A stretch of 54,374 nt of DNA, the filler included, from Streblomastix strix (taxonomy: Eukaryota): the NCBI GenBank assembly GCA_008636045.1. It is 2 parts of 2 records of this genome, joined end to end, with 100 filler letters (N's around TTAATTAATTAA, not from the genome) between each part and the next. Parts side by side here need not be neighbours in the genome. Positions count along the whole stretch, not along the records: positions 27,251 to 54,374 come from SNRW01000150.1; 1 more part is not named here. One strand, 5' to 3'. Below the pieces are notes generated by a model. That model did not search any database. It saw only the letters and a list, made by a program, of their open reading frames with translations, and was not told the DNA's origin. Position 1 is the first letter of the stretch. Every line of letters begins with the position of its first letter. Made by a program: the position numbers and the translations under genes. Below, piece after piece: positions 33,554 through 48,000 of this stretch.

Positions 33554-36500
33554 ACGACAGATAAATGGATGCAAGACTCGTAAAGACGACGCACGTTTCC
33601 GATTGTGCCTCCGATTACGCCATAGATTCAGACACTTTCAGAGTTATAACCATTAAACTAATAGCCTAGATAAAACAATAATAATTGATGTAAAAGGAGG
33701 ACTATATTACATAAATGCTAACACGCAACTACATGCTATCATTAGAATTATAAGTGGAACATCAATAATAGTAATTGATGTAAATGTAGAATTATACTAC
33801 ATAAATGCGAGCACATAATTACCAGTATACCACCTGAATAATCATCTGAACTACAATCTGAACAAGGCGAAGCTCACGATGCTCGCGAAGCTCACGATGT
33901 TCGCGAAGCTCACGAAGTGCGGATGGATTATCAACTGAATTTGAGGCACTAAAAACTAACTATTGAAATAATAAAAGAATTAATGACTTTATATGACCCT
34001 GAAATATAATAGAAAATAAACATTAACGAATTAAAATTTTAAGTTTCATTATTTTTAGATAAAATTCATTTAAAAAAGGGTAGAAACAATAGAAATATAG
34101 TTAGAAATGCAGTATTATAATCAAGACCACAAGCATAACGAATCATGTAGGATACTTAGTTAAGCCTTCAATATGAAGAAATAATAGGTAAAGTTTATGC
34201 TTAATAATTCGTGCAAGAAAAAGATAATACATAGAATATGAGCACTTAAGACGAATAGAGCAAGTAGCGCAATTAATATGTTGATAAAATTATGGAAGTT
34301 TAACATGTAGGTCATGCAAATTTATAAAAAGAAATTAAAAAAATAAAAAATTAATCATAAATTAAAAGAAAATACTGATGTGTTCAGGAGCGTTTAAGAA
34401 AAATAAATGAATTTAATGATGAATATAATGACAAGAACAATAGGTCAATTAACGTCCTGCAGAATATGATTATGTTATGTGCTCCACAACTCGAATAAGA
34501 ATATGAAAGGAGAATTAATTATAAGCAAAAACATATATAAATTTATCACATCAAATATGACCCATTCTATGTTCATACAATCAGTCCAACAAAAAAGTAT
34601 TTCAAAAATGATTTGAAAACAATTGAAGATGTTGATGCTTACTTAGATGAAATATATTTGCGAGAACAGAAATTCGCATTTAAAATTGCGTTTGATTTTG
34701 GAGTAGCTATTGAACGAGTAGAAGGTTAGGAAAATGAATAACAAATAACGTATAAGATCAATCGGCCCCATGAAGCTAGAACAGAGACGAGAGCACCGAC
34801 AACCATACGCACGCACTTAGATTTAGAAGATTTTAAAAGATATATTAGAAACCGCATCATCTTAATGCAAGAGAGAACCATTATGGATACTATAGAGAAA
34901 ATAGTAGGTATATATTTTAACAATGATTCAAGTGTTTAGACTACCACACGCTGGAGCCGGCAGTCGAACAATACCATCATTAAAGAAGAATATTATGAGG
35001 CGAAAGATTCGATATATTAACGGTGAAAAAAATAATTAAAATTTATGTTTATTTCTAGCATATTCATTTATTATAATGCCAGATATTAAGGTTGATGTTG
35101 CTGCTGACGGTTCCGCTATTGCTGCTAAACGTTCTAAGGAACATTCACGTATTGCAGAAGCTAAACGATTATTTTAAAGAATCTATTGGAAAAAATTGAT
35201 TATAATTATTAAGAATTTAATTTATCAACAAAAGAAGATTAATATGTTTTGAATGAAAATTTAAATATTAATGTGTTTGCTTACGAAACATCAACAGCAA
35301 CCTCAACAGCAACACCAGCCAATTAAGGTAGTTATTATCTATGGAATTAATATAGAAGAAATGAATAGAACGAATAAACTAAAGAATTTAATATACTTTT
35401 AATAAGTTACAATCAATAAACAGCAAACAGCTCACGTTTTTTATGTAAATGATGTTGAGGCATAACTGGTTTAAAATATTATCCTATATGTGGTGGGCAG
35501 GCTTATAAGACCAGAGATTCAAATTTATAATCTAAGCTAAAAAGTCACATATAAAAGTGATAAAAAAAATGAAGGAAAGATAGTAAAAAAAAAGCATATT
35601 TAGAAAGATTTCCAATACCATACGTTCCTCATATATTGAGTAATGTTAGCTATAAGTATCTTCTTGCACATAGTCAAGGGGATGAATTTAAATCTACTAA
35701 ATATTATATAATATATGATATTGAAACCGTTGAAAGAATCGTTAATGAAAAATTCGGTGATAATTCAATATAAATTTCAATTCTTGAACCTCTTTCGATT
35801 GCAAGCACAATAAAAATAAAAAAGAAAGTCATTAATGATTCAAATAACGGTTCCGTTGATTAAATTTATTCCATTTATTTTGACATTCGAACCCCTAACT
35901 TTATTAATGTATGGATTAAATAATTGTTTAAGGAAGCCCGAAAAGTTATAGATTCAAACAAATATGAAGATGAAACGATACCATAGCATTACGAGGTGCC
36001 AGTTATTGGGTTCAATTCTTCAAAGTTCGATGTGGCTCTAATTCTTAAAAATTTGTAGAGCGATGAATGGCAAATCATTAAATATCTTGGTAGTGGTTCA
36101 AACGCTAAATCAATCATTGTTAAGCATAACATATCAGGAATAAAATTAAGATTCATCGATGCGATGATTTATTCTACAAAAATGAAATTAAAATAATTTA
36201 TAAAAGATTTCACACCAAAGACAGCAACAACGGAAAAATCAGAAATTCCAGCCAAATTAAAGTTTGCATATGAATTCATCAACTTCGACAATTATAAAGA
36301 AATATTAAATAATACTTAACCATTTCCCAAAGAAGCGTTTAGAAATATAATTAAAAATAAAAATATAAGTGAAGAGAAGTATTAAAGTTATTTGGCTGTT
36401 GCTTAAGAATATTCAAATGGTTGGGATTATCTTCGACACTATGACCTTGAAGATACTCGGTTAATGATTGAGCCCCTTGATTATTTAATTGATATGTTCT

Positions 36501-38519
36501 TTAATTATAAAATTGACATATTGTAGTTTATGTCGATGTCTGCAAGCGTTAATGCAATCAAATACGCTCTTTCTTATAGCGACTTCAAACTGGATTAGGA
36601 TAACACGCCAAAAGATGATTATGCTTCGTTTGTACTTACATAAAATTATTTCTACATTAACGTTTAAAATTATCTAGAATAAGATAAAAAATAATAGAGA
36701 CACAAGCAACAACATCAAAGAATCAGATTGTGCGTTCTACAAAAAATTATTTCTATCGACAGGATGTAATATTTGTAAGGCACGATTCACAAGTAAAATT
36801 CCTCCAATATTACATAGAATTATCAACGTCAGGGGCCATTCTGCAGATAACGTCAAACCGTGCTGCTTAATCTATAATAAATTTAAATCAAATAAAGATG
36901 TAAAGTTATCAAGATTAATAATATAATTAAAGAATTTTTGTCTGCTGAAGCCGCTTACAATGACAATAACTGATGAAGAAGTTTATCAAATTTTACGTTA
37001 AGGAATCACTGGCGGATTAACGTAAGTAATACATAGATATAACGTTGCAGGTGAAACTAAAATAAATTAATTAAAATATTTAGATGGAGAAGTCATCGGT
37101 TGCGACACCCAATATACAATGATCCATCTTTTAACTCTGGATTTTAATTGTTAATATCCTTCTGTTATGAGCTCTGAACCGCATAAGTTCAATAAATATA
37201 CAGGAAATAAATTGTACATGGCAGGTTAAATATTGGATAAAATTATAGATAAATAAACAGCAAGAAATTTAATTTATTATCCCCTATTAATTAATGACAC
37301 TGATGAAATGCCGCTATTTATCGCAGTTGTTAAAGGACACATCGACAAATAACGTATTAACGATACCATTAATTTTCTTCCGATATTAAGAAATATCGAT
37401 ATAATGACTGATGAAAAAACATTAAGTTCAAATATGTATAATTTGTTGTAGAAAAATAATATGTGGCACGATAAAATTGAACGAAAATTAACAAATTTAT
37501 CATCGACTCATGGATAATTTATGTCGTTCAATAATTATTATTTGTAGCTTTGCATTGATGATTTTCATTTCATTATTGATGAAATTTAATGTATTATAAC
37601 ATTCTCGAAGCATGACAGATTCAAACCATTTGTTAAAGAATTTATGAATCAAAGAATATAAGCAATAAATGAAAAATAATGAAAAATAATAATTCTATAA
37701 ATTAGTTATGAATTCAAGCTATGGAATTGATGGAATGAATTAAGAAAAATATTCACAAACGAAATTGTTTAGCTCTAATAGAACATGACTATCTCATCTC
37801 TAAGGTTCATTCATTAATGACTAACAATTAACAGATGATTTATTTGCTGTGTAATTTAATGCTGAGAGCTGCAACTGCAACATTTGCTCCCATTCTGTTT
37901 ATTTCGTGCTTGATAATAGTAAATATTGGTATATAAATTTTATCTATAATTTTATGGCCAAAACTTTCGATATGAACAAGATGCATTTCATTTGTGGAGA
38001 TACTGATTCGATGATATGGACTATCAGCAGTAACCTTGATGTAGAAGAAGGGTACAGGCAGAAGTTTAAATACGTAATCAAGGACTAGAATTTTTTTGAT
38101 GAAAATTATCATCTTTTCTTCGGATAATATAAACAATTATTGGGAGTCAGTTATGATGCAGAAGGAACGGCATGTATTGCATTAGCTCCAAAAATTCATT
38201 ACATTTATAATCCTCTGCCTAATGAGAGTGAAAAGGATTATAATTATTGTTTGAAAGGAATATTATAAAAATAAAATGTTCGGTTAAATGATGAAGCATT
38301 CAAATAATCATTATTGAGAGAATCAGTTTATGTTCAAAATATTATCTTTGGTTAAAAAATAAATAAGTGTCAAAAATATAAATAAATAAAGTTCGTTTAA
38401 CATCAATTTATAATAAAATGGTAGTATTTGAAAATTAATGTTGTGCTCCATTCCTATTCATTAATGGCTAGTAAATGAGTTCAGATAATTATGTAATTAC
38501 TAATGATGAGCACTATTGA
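33554..38519 (+). pseudogene. pPolB polyprotein of B, disrupted
   Basis: YDIETVE, IGFNSSKFD, LDFNCQYPSVM, MNSSYG, FICGDTDS, LKGI; HNH insert at ~36760-36900; three 18-bp repeats at ~33867-33920; multiple frameshifts. Confidence 0.93.
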
Positions 38520-38543
38520 TAAGCACTAATATTAAGCATAAAT

Positions 38544-38657
38544 TTGACACGAAGAAATGGCTTCAATAATGAATGACTTTTGAGTGTTCCGACTGCAACG
38601 AGTGTTCCGATTCAGAAACTTTCATCAAAAACTGCTGTCAGCCTGCCATTTCGCAAG
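38544..38657 (-). repeat. B-type intergenic motif between pPolB and integrase
   Basis: Reverse-orientation copy, syntenic with A 5500-5621. Confidence 0.9.
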
Positions 38658-38717
38658 ATTGTGAATTGATTTCATCGGTGAATTGAACATAAATTAATTT
38701 ATTTATGCAAGAAATAA

Positions 38718-40102
38718 ATGTAAAACGAAAATAGATTATATGAGGATATATTTAGAATTTTTGTTGATGATTAATATCAATGAGATGAGTACGAATTTGA
38801 AGTTTAATAGGATATCGATGATAAAGCATATAAAGTTCATTATAAAATGAGTCTATCGGAGTTCATAAAAAATATCTTTAAAATTGCAAAAAAAAAGTTT
38901 GCTGATGTTATGGTAGAGAAAGCAGATGAAATAATTATTGGAAAACGAACAGTGGCAGATTTGTACTATAATTATATTTCAGTTTAATCGTAATATGAAC
39001 CATCAAAATAAAAAAATAAACAAAAAAGTAAACAATTGGAAAAAGACGCATAATAAGCGGTTTATACAACCTGCCAGTAATCCGCTAAAGGTAGCAACGA
39101 TGAAAATATGACATATTTTCCTTTCAAAACTAAATTAAAATTGTTTGAAAAAACAAATAAACATAAATATGCTAACAATCAATATTCGCCAGTGAAAGAT
39201 TATAAATTAAAGCCATTATAAAGACTGCAACGACCTTATTTCTCTCCAAAGTTAGGGAGTTGGGAAATAGATATAGTCTTTTCTGTCGATTAAGACTTGC
39301 AGGAAAATAATGATGAATATTATGATGCTATCTTTGAATAAGACGAAATAAGATAAGGTAGAAAACAAATTTGTATCTATTTTGCATAAACATTAATACA
39401 AAATATTTAGTTGTATTTCCATTGATTGATAAATCAGCTGCATAAGTAGCGGGGTAATTGCAAAAATTAATTAAAAATTATTACGAGTATAATATTCATG
39501 GTGATGGTGAGAAAGGATTTAATAGCTCGTATTTTGCTTTGTTTTATTCATAGAATATAATTAGTAGATATTTCACTAATTCAAAATTCACTAATCATAA
39601 TAGAGTAGTCGATTCAGTCATTTGAACAATAAGTAATGCGTTTGGCTACAAATTTAATTAATTTTCAACAAAACAATAAATGTAAATGATCGTTGGTACA
39701 TACAATAATACACCACATCTTGCGTTTCGAAAATAAACATAGTCCATATTAAGTTCAATTATCAAGAGATTTAGAAGGATAATATATATGTTCATAAATG
39801 AAGAAATTAGAGCGATAATTAGCAAGATATCGATAAGAGGGCATATTATCATTTAAGGCAGGAAATATAATATTAATACATCTTAATTTCTAAAAAAACA
39901 TAATAAAAATTTATGAAAAAAGAAAAAATTTCAATTAGTTAGCGGAGTTCATTAGATATGTGAATGGTAACGTTTTATATAAATTATTGAATCATTCTTA
40001 TAAAATAAATATAATAAAAAATCTTCATATTATTGTAAATATGTAATTGATAATAAAGAATCTATGTCAGAATATTATGCAACAGAGTTGCTATTTAGAT
40101 GA
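38718..40102 (+). pseudogene. rve integrase of B, disrupted
   Basis: RPYFSPKLGSWEIDIVF, NIHGDGEKGF, NHNRVVDSVI*TI, TYNNTPH; TGA codons and frameshifts. Confidence 0.9.
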
Positions 40103-40154
40103 AACAAAAATAAAAATTTATTTATATATTTTTTAATTTTTTTTCGCATAACAA

Positions 40155-40510
40155 ATGACAGCCTTTGAGATAATCAACGAGACAATCAACAAATCAACAC
40201 AAACTGAATCAACCTCAGGCGGAATCTACGACATAGCGTCTTCAATAAAACAAGGACTTCCAAAGAAATACGCTGATAAATAATAAGCAACGATTGCTGC
40301 TAGAGAGCAACTTAAAAATGTAAGAATCAGATATAAATAAAATTAAACAAATTATGTTTCAAAAGTTAATGATATGCAACAATTGATAATCAAAATTTTT
40401 AAAAAATAATCGTAAATATTAATGATTTGATAACAATAAATGAATTGATTAAAAAATAAGACAATAAAAAAGACATTAACGAAGATGCTAAAGATTTAAT
40501 CAACCTTTGA
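40155..40510 (+). pseudogene. Homologue of the AT-hook-like protein (GRPKK changed to GLPKK; one frameshift)
   Basis: KQGLPKKYADKQQATIAAREQLKNVRIRYKQ. Confidence 0.7.
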
Positions 40511-40540
40511 ATAATTAATTGATTTTATTTTTTCGTTAAT

Positions 40541-40672
40541 CTGGCAGAATGTCAGTCTGTCTGCAGTTTTTGATTAAAATTTTTGACTCGGAACACTCGG
40601 AACACTCGGAACACTCGGAACACTCGGAACACTCAAAAGTCATTCACTAACCAAACAATTTTCCCATGCCAA
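40541..40672 (+). repeat. B-type motif with the 9-mer expanded to five copies
   Basis: (TCGGAACAC)5 at ~40588-40632. Confidence 0.95.
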
Positions 40673-40756
40673 TCCCGACTATTTCGTTGATATTTTAAGA
40701 CTTTGAACACTCGGAACACTATAAACTAATATTTTTTTTATTAATGTTTCTCACTT

Positions 40757-41312
40757 CTGGCAGAATGGCAGTCTTGCAGCAGTTTTTGATGAAAGTTTTT
40801 GACTCGAAACACTCGGAACACTCAAAAGTCATTCATTAACGAAGCCATTTCTTCGTGCCAATTCGATAAGTTTCATTTATGATTTATGACTCGAAACACT
40901 CGGAACACTATAAACGTTCAAAAAATTTGGTCAATTATTAAAACTTTTCATTAACGTTTCATTAACATATTTTAGGTTTCCATTAATGAGTTTCATCAAC
41001 CAAACCATTAATCTTGTCATTTAGTTACATGAAAAAGGAGAGTGCCACACATTTCAAGAATATCATCCAATAACGTACATCACTAATCTACTTCAATATC
41101 CACATTCATTTATCACTATCTATCATGTTCTTTCAATAATCTCGTTCAAGTGTTTATTTTTTTTACATAATTTATTTTCATTATTTATCATTATTATTTT
41201 ATTTTTCATTATTTATTATTATTATTTATTTTAAATTGTTTATTATTATTTATTTTACATTATTTTATTTTACTTTTCAATGTGAGACATTCTCCTTTTT
41301 CAAAAAACTAGT
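40757..41312 (-). repeat. Terminal repeat of element B (partner end absent), including a motif copy at 40757-40861
   Basis: Collinear with the A TIR (motif, TTTTAGGTTTCCATTAAT, CATTTAGTTA..GGAG.GTGCC, T-rich tract, CAATGTG..CA.TCTCC...AACTA.T); ends ACTAGT. Confidence 0.85.
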
Positions 41313-42039
41313 AAGTGTATTTTTATATATAAAATTATTGGTTTCATTGCATCTATGAAGAAGATCAGGCTATCTTTTGTAAAAAACGTGTCTATTTAAT
41401 ATTTCATGAATATCTGTTGCTAAAAATTCAATACAATTTAATAAAACATTATGATGGCATCAAGCGCTTTTGGTACTATAGTTTTCAATTTTTTTCAAGA
41501 CAGCAATTGAAACTAGTGTCATTGATGTTTATTTTATAGTCTCTATGTTCATAAAAAGTAACGTTTGCATAATTCGTTTTGTAAAATTAGGGATAAAAAA
41601 TATTACATAATATATAATAACTCTAGTTTTTATTAAAGTTTTAAAAATAAAATAAAAATTAGAAATAAAAAATTATTCTATAAATAAATTGAAAATTATA
41701 CTAATATTAATATTACATTGGAAATTAATATTATGATACTTAAATATATTTAAAATATCACCTGCCCACATAAATGTTACATAAATAATAATGGTAAAAA
41801 ATGAGAAAATAGATATATGAAAAGAATAAAATGGAAAGAGTTATTAAAATTTATTTTAATAACTATAGAGAAATATGAGTTTTGAGTTTACAATTCATTT
41901 GATACTAAGATATACAAAAAAGTATTAGAGTTTAAAATTAAAGTAAAAGTAATTAAAATAAAAAATAATTAATTTTATCCTTTCATTTCCAATAAATATT
42001 AACAATTTTAATATCTTTCTAATAGATTTAACCTAAAAA

Positions 42040-45000
42040 TCACTTTTTATTCAATTATTCATTCGTATAATCATTTTCTATTAATTTACCCTATTGCTGC
42101 AATTATATATTATTAAGATTTTGCTATTGACTTTATGTTTGCTGATGTTATTGTCTTTTCAAATTATATGTTTATTATCGCTAATTTTAATTAGAAAATG
42201 GTGAATAATCATGTTTGGTAAGAACAGGAATGTTTGGTTCCATGATATTTGTTAATTATTATTCATTTAATTTAATATTTTCATTCTTATTATTAGAATG
42301 CGATGTTTTTGTTGTTTTTGTAGAATAATTCTAAAAAATAATAATTAAAAATAAAATTTAAAAACAAAAAATGATGTAAAAATTTTAATAATAAAAAATA
42401 TAATTCATTTTTTCTTGATTTATCATACGAAAGCATTTGGTCGATTAGGGAAGAAAGGAAGATCGAGCAAATACTAAGAACCAAATGAAGATTATGGTGA
42501 TGAAGGAGAAGATTCGGACTAAATAGGAATTGTGATTGGTGAAGAATGAAGTTAGAAAGAAGATAAGAATTATGAAGGAATAGTTACATTTTATAAACGA
42601 GATTAAGGATTAGTTTAAATAAATGAGGATGGTGGAGGAAGCAATATAGGAATGGTATCTTTAAGTTATTATTCAACAGAGTACGATTATAAAATTGAAG
42701 GAATTGAAGGAGAATAAATCTAAGAAGATGGTTAAAATTAAGAAGTCTTAATAGCTTATGGATTATTTTAAAAATTAATTTGCTATGAAATAAGAGGTTA
42801 AGATAATTAAGTTGAATAAAGTTGTTATTCTTTAATCTTTTGAACTTATTATTAGGATGGAGAATTAAGTTGCGAAAATAAGTGAATTCTACTTGAATTA
42901 GATGGGTGAGAATGCATTTAAGTTTGGTTAGATGATTAAATTTAAGGGAGCTCTTATTCTAAAGATTAATAATTTATCTAAGAATTGCTTTATTCAACGA
43001 TTTTTGGTAATTATATTTAAATATTTTCAATGTTAATAACATTTTTTGGATTATTAATCAATAAATTATTTGAAAAAGAAGAATTTTATGATGCAAAAGA
43101 TTAAGTTTAGTCTTTCTCAGTTGATCCAGTTGATGATGGCGATGAAGATTGTTTTGAAGAGGAATAATAAGATTATGATGATGATTTAGGAGAATGATAA
43201 AGAGGTGAATAAGAAATAGACGGTTAAGTTGAAGAAAAAAGCATTTTATCCGATTAATTATATTGCTAGATTTGGTTAAAATTAAAAGAAGGAGATTATG
43301 ACGAGAATGTGGATGAGAGAGGGGATTATGAAAGTGAAGTTTAAATTTATATTTATTACATTTATTTCAATATTGTATCTTAGTCTTCTTTTTTAGTGTT
43401 TAATTTACTTTACTATTAATCAATTGTCATATTATTCATTGGACTTGATTATGTAGGAGAGATCGAAGAAAATGAAATGATTTACTGATTAGAGGGAGGA
43501 CTTAAAAGTTGGCTTTAAGGTGACTAATGAAATTTTTATTAATGTAGTTTTTAATGCTGAATTTGATGGTGAGAAGTAGATTGTGAGTTAGAATGCAAAT
43601 CTGACTAAGGATTTGAATCTGATAAAATTTCAGATGATTATAAAAATAAAGATTATTATTACAGTAATTATTCCAATTCTGATAATTTCAATTGTTCACT
43701 ATAAGATTTTTATAATTGATACTATAATTTTTCATTTTATAAATCTATTTATTCTATATGTTTTGAATTATTCGATTATAATTACTATTCATGTTATTGA
43801 TTCATAAATAAATCTTACTGTTCTTATTTATATTATTCTTTGCTTTTATATTACTCCTTTTACTATTTCTATTCTTTTCTATTACCTGCTTCATTTTAAT
43901 ATAAAAACAACGATTCATGTTTATCATTGAAATCTTCATACCATTTATCTCTTTCATTCCCCTCATTTCTTTCTTAGATATAATTTATTTTATCATTAAA
44001 TTATTATTTATCCTCTTTTTCTATTTTTCCATCTTCTCCTATGTCAGATTTATTATTATTATTATCTTAAACATCGGAATTAACGACTTAATCTAAGATA
44101 TCAAAATCATTTGTCATTTGCAAATTTTAATCTTCATCAGGTAGAATGGAGTTATGAAACGAGTAAAGTGGAGATGATGAATGCGTTTTAGTCATTGATC
44201 TCATTTTAGGTATTAGTTCAGAAGGATGAAAATACGAAAAGGGTGAATTTTTTCTCTAATATTTAAATAACATAGGAGAATGTTATCGCTATCGCAATTA
44301 TTTTAATTATTGATGTTTTAAGAATTATGATTGTTAAGATATTTAATTCTTATCTTATTCATTTAATGTTTATATATTATTCATTTCTTCACCATTATTA
44401 ATAGATATGTTTGCACTTGTTTATAATTTTTCTTTTGAGTTAATATTTTCATTTAAATATCCATTCTTATCAGTAAATGAACTTTATCTATTGTTATTTA
44501 AGTCATTATTTTTATTATTATTATCACCGTATTTATTTTCATTGAATGAATGAATAGATTTTGAAATTGAATCTGGAGTAGAGTTTTGTTGTGATTAAGG
44601 GAATGAATGAGTGGATGCTTCTGAATAAGTAGGAGATTATAAAGATTGAGAAATTGACTAAGTTTAAGACATTGATTCATATTGTTATGATGAAGAAGAT
44701 GATTGTGAGGGAGAAGGAAGTGATGTTTGAGATATTGAATGAAGTAACTTGTGAGATAAATTTTAAGACTTTGAAGGTAACTGTGAAGGAGAAGGAACAA
44801 GAGATACCGAAGGTTATTAAGATTATTATTATAAATTTGATTATGAAGAGTTTTCATTACTACTTGAAGATGACTCTGATTTACGGGATGATAATAATAG
44901 TGGTGAATCATTAGATAGAGAAAATGTTGACGATAAACTTTATGACGAAGAAGGAGGTTGATGGGTGAGTGAAGACTTTGATGAAGTATTAGAAGATGAT

Positions 45001-48000
45001 GATGTTGATTTTTTATTTGAACTTCCAAATGAACTTGAAAATGATGGAGTAGGCGATTACGTTTATAAAAATGTAGATGATAAACCAGAAGAAGTGTTTG
45101 ATTGAAATGATGTGTTGAAAGATGAATGAGATTAAGACTTTGATTTGGAAGATTTTGATTGAGATTAAGAATTCGGAGAAGAAACTGATAGAGATGATGG
45201 TTATAATGATTATTAAGATGGTTAATTAGATGATGACGATGGAGTAGTATCATTTGATTATGCAATTTATGGTAATGATTTCATAGACGAATCTTACGTA
45301 GATGGAGTGCTTAAGGAAGATGCAGGATGATTAGTTTGATATATAAGTTGTCCATCAGTAGCTAAAGATGCTATATTATTAAATTGCTGCTCTTTCTTTT
45401 ATACACTTGTAGTTTCTTAATTAAATGATTACGAATGCTCTTATTAATATAATAGTTTTTTATTTGGTCTATTACGATTACGGTCATGTTTATTGATATG
45501 TTGTGATTAAAGAAATTAAACGAGATTATCTTATACAAAATCCACATGGTTTATGGCACTATTTTAATGATGGGCAAGAAGGCGCTCAGGTAATGTTAAA
45601 CTTTCAAATTATGAGGTTTATTAACTTTACTACTATCTTAAATTTGTAGGTGAAAATGATTATGCAGGATTATTTGAAATTTATTATTATTGAGAAAAAT
45701 GATTATCATATGAATTAAAATTTGATAATGAAAGAGGAGGTATAATAACATTAGAATTATTTGAGGAAAATAAAGATGAATTATTTAATTAAATTTATAG
45801 ATGAGGACGCTTTTTAACTTTATGATTTTAATTTTCAACTTCCATTACTTCTTTTATTTTATTTATATTCTGTATATTTTCATCACCCTTTAATATTTTA
45901 TCATTTTTAAATTTTACATTTTCTTTCTTCTCATTCATGTTCTAATTATCTTTAATGATATATTTTCTCTTCGAATGTGTGCTTTATTTCTTAACTTTCT
46001 TATGGTGTTTTTTGCTATCCAAAATGATATTTTCTCCTTTAACTTTATCAATTTAGTTTTCTTTCTCAATATTATCGTGTTCTTTTCTTCTCTTTTTCTT
46101 CTTCTCGTGATGTTTTCTTGTTTCTAAGTTTTATTTTTCAACCTTATCATTCTCTTATTCTTATTCTTTCTTTCTAACTTATACATTTTCCTTTTAATTT
46201 ACAATTTTCTTATCTCTTTCAATATTTATATCTTTTTCTACTAATTTTTAATTTTCTTTTATTTTCATCTTATCTTTCTCTCGTTCAATTTCTTCTTCAT
46301 CTTCTTCATTTACATCACTGTCTATCATGTTCAATTTATAATCATGACCAAATTCAAATATTTCTTATTCTTTATACTAACTTTAACCATATCCTGAGAA
46401 TTATTATGGTTCAAAATTCAAAATCTATTTTTGCTACAAATTAATTTAATTTTTAATATTCAATTCATTATTATTTTGACTTTCTTAATCTAAATTAATT
46501 CGTTATTCTATTGATTTTCTTTAAAAATCTTATTAAAACTATTTTTGATCCATTTATTTTTCCTCTTCCATATTTCTAACATTAATGAATAAATTCAACT
46601 ATTATATATTCTTTCTATCTTTAATGGACTATTACTATTATACTTTTTATTAATTGTTTTATTCCAATATTTACTATTTATTCAATGAGTTTTCTTATAA
46701 TTTCTCATAATTTCCCTTTTTTCCTTCTTCATCTGTTTCAATCTCCATTTCTTCTTTCACTTATCCAATTTTCATCTTCTTCACATTTTCACTTAATTCT
46801 GATAGGTTTCTTTTTTTCATTTATATCTCTTTTTCATATTAAAATATTTTTTCTCGTTCATTATCATATTCAAAGTCATTTATATGATCAATATTAATAA
46901 ATTTCTACTCGTTTTCTTTCATTTTTATTTACTAGAGAAAAAGTTTAATTTCTTTTTCTCTATCTTTGTCTATAATAGAGTCCTCTTATTTTTCAATTTA
47001 ATTTAAATTTTCCTCTACATTTTCTTTATCAACTTTTAATAATATTGGAGTAATTTCAAATTCATGAGGAGCAAATTGAGCTTATGATAGTTACTAAAAT
47101 AATGGAAGCTAAGGAGAAGAGTGGCTATTAACACTAAATAAATTCAAAGTTGAAGAATGATGAGGTGAACTATCTTATGAGAATGGAGAAATATTAGATT
47201 AAACATCTGAATATGGCGTTTGAGGTTCTGATTAAATGAAATTGTAATTGTTAACTTTAATATTTTTTGTAGTTAAGTTGTTATTACTTAAATTATTTGC
47301 ATTAAAATTATTATTAAAAATTTAAAAATTATTGATATTGAAATTAATGTCGTTAATATGATTCATATTATCAATGTTTATATTATTGTTATTATTATTT
47401 ATGGTTTATTAAAATGGAATAAAAAGAGTATCAAATTGTGTTGGTGGTTAAGAATCTATACTTATATTTTATTCTAAAATTCCAAGAGATGAATTTTTGT
47501 ATAACTATTATTATTGTTATGGTTATTATATAATCATTTATTATGATTATGATTATGATAATGATTATTAAATTATTTATGAATGTGTAGAGTTTTGAGA
47601 TATTGAATGAGTGGAATATAGTGATTTAAGAGATGGAGAACGATAGATTGATTTTGAATTTGAAAGGGAAAAACCTGAATCAAGTGTGTTTTGTGAGAGA
47701 GACTTTCTAAATAATTTTGGTGATTCAAGCAGAATTTATTGTTAAAATTGTTGTTATGACTAAAATGGTTATTATTAAGTCCATTACTATTGTGAAGATA
47801 ATTACTATACTTATGAAGGTTATAATAACTCTAAAAATGATAATTACTGTTAAGATTAAGGTTACTATTATTCTGAAGTTTATATTGGTTATTCAAATAA
47901 TAATTGATGAGAGGGTTATAACTATGTAGAATAAGAAGACGAAGGAGAACTTTGCAAAAAGGAAGGACTATATAATGAAGAAGAAGAAGAAGAAGGAGAA

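Larger units (their letters stand above)
27251..41312. mobile_element. Element B: partial sister Polinton-like element, reverse orientation to A, cut by the contig start
   Basis: MCP, penton, ATPase, hypothetical, pPolB, integrase and AT-hook genes in the same order as A, ending in a homologous TIR. Confidence 0.93.

Noticed and set aside
40588..40632. (TCGGAACAC)5 as a telomeric or independent satellite repeat
   Set aside because: It is a slippage expansion of the 9-mer inside the B-type motif
3107..41312. A and B as one giant inverted duplication or physically adjacent pair
   Set aside because: They are separated by an artificial spacer, A is closed by its own TIRs and TSD, and the sequences are clearly diverged
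41313..41318. TSD for element B
   Set aside because: The other end of B is not in the window, so it cannot be tested
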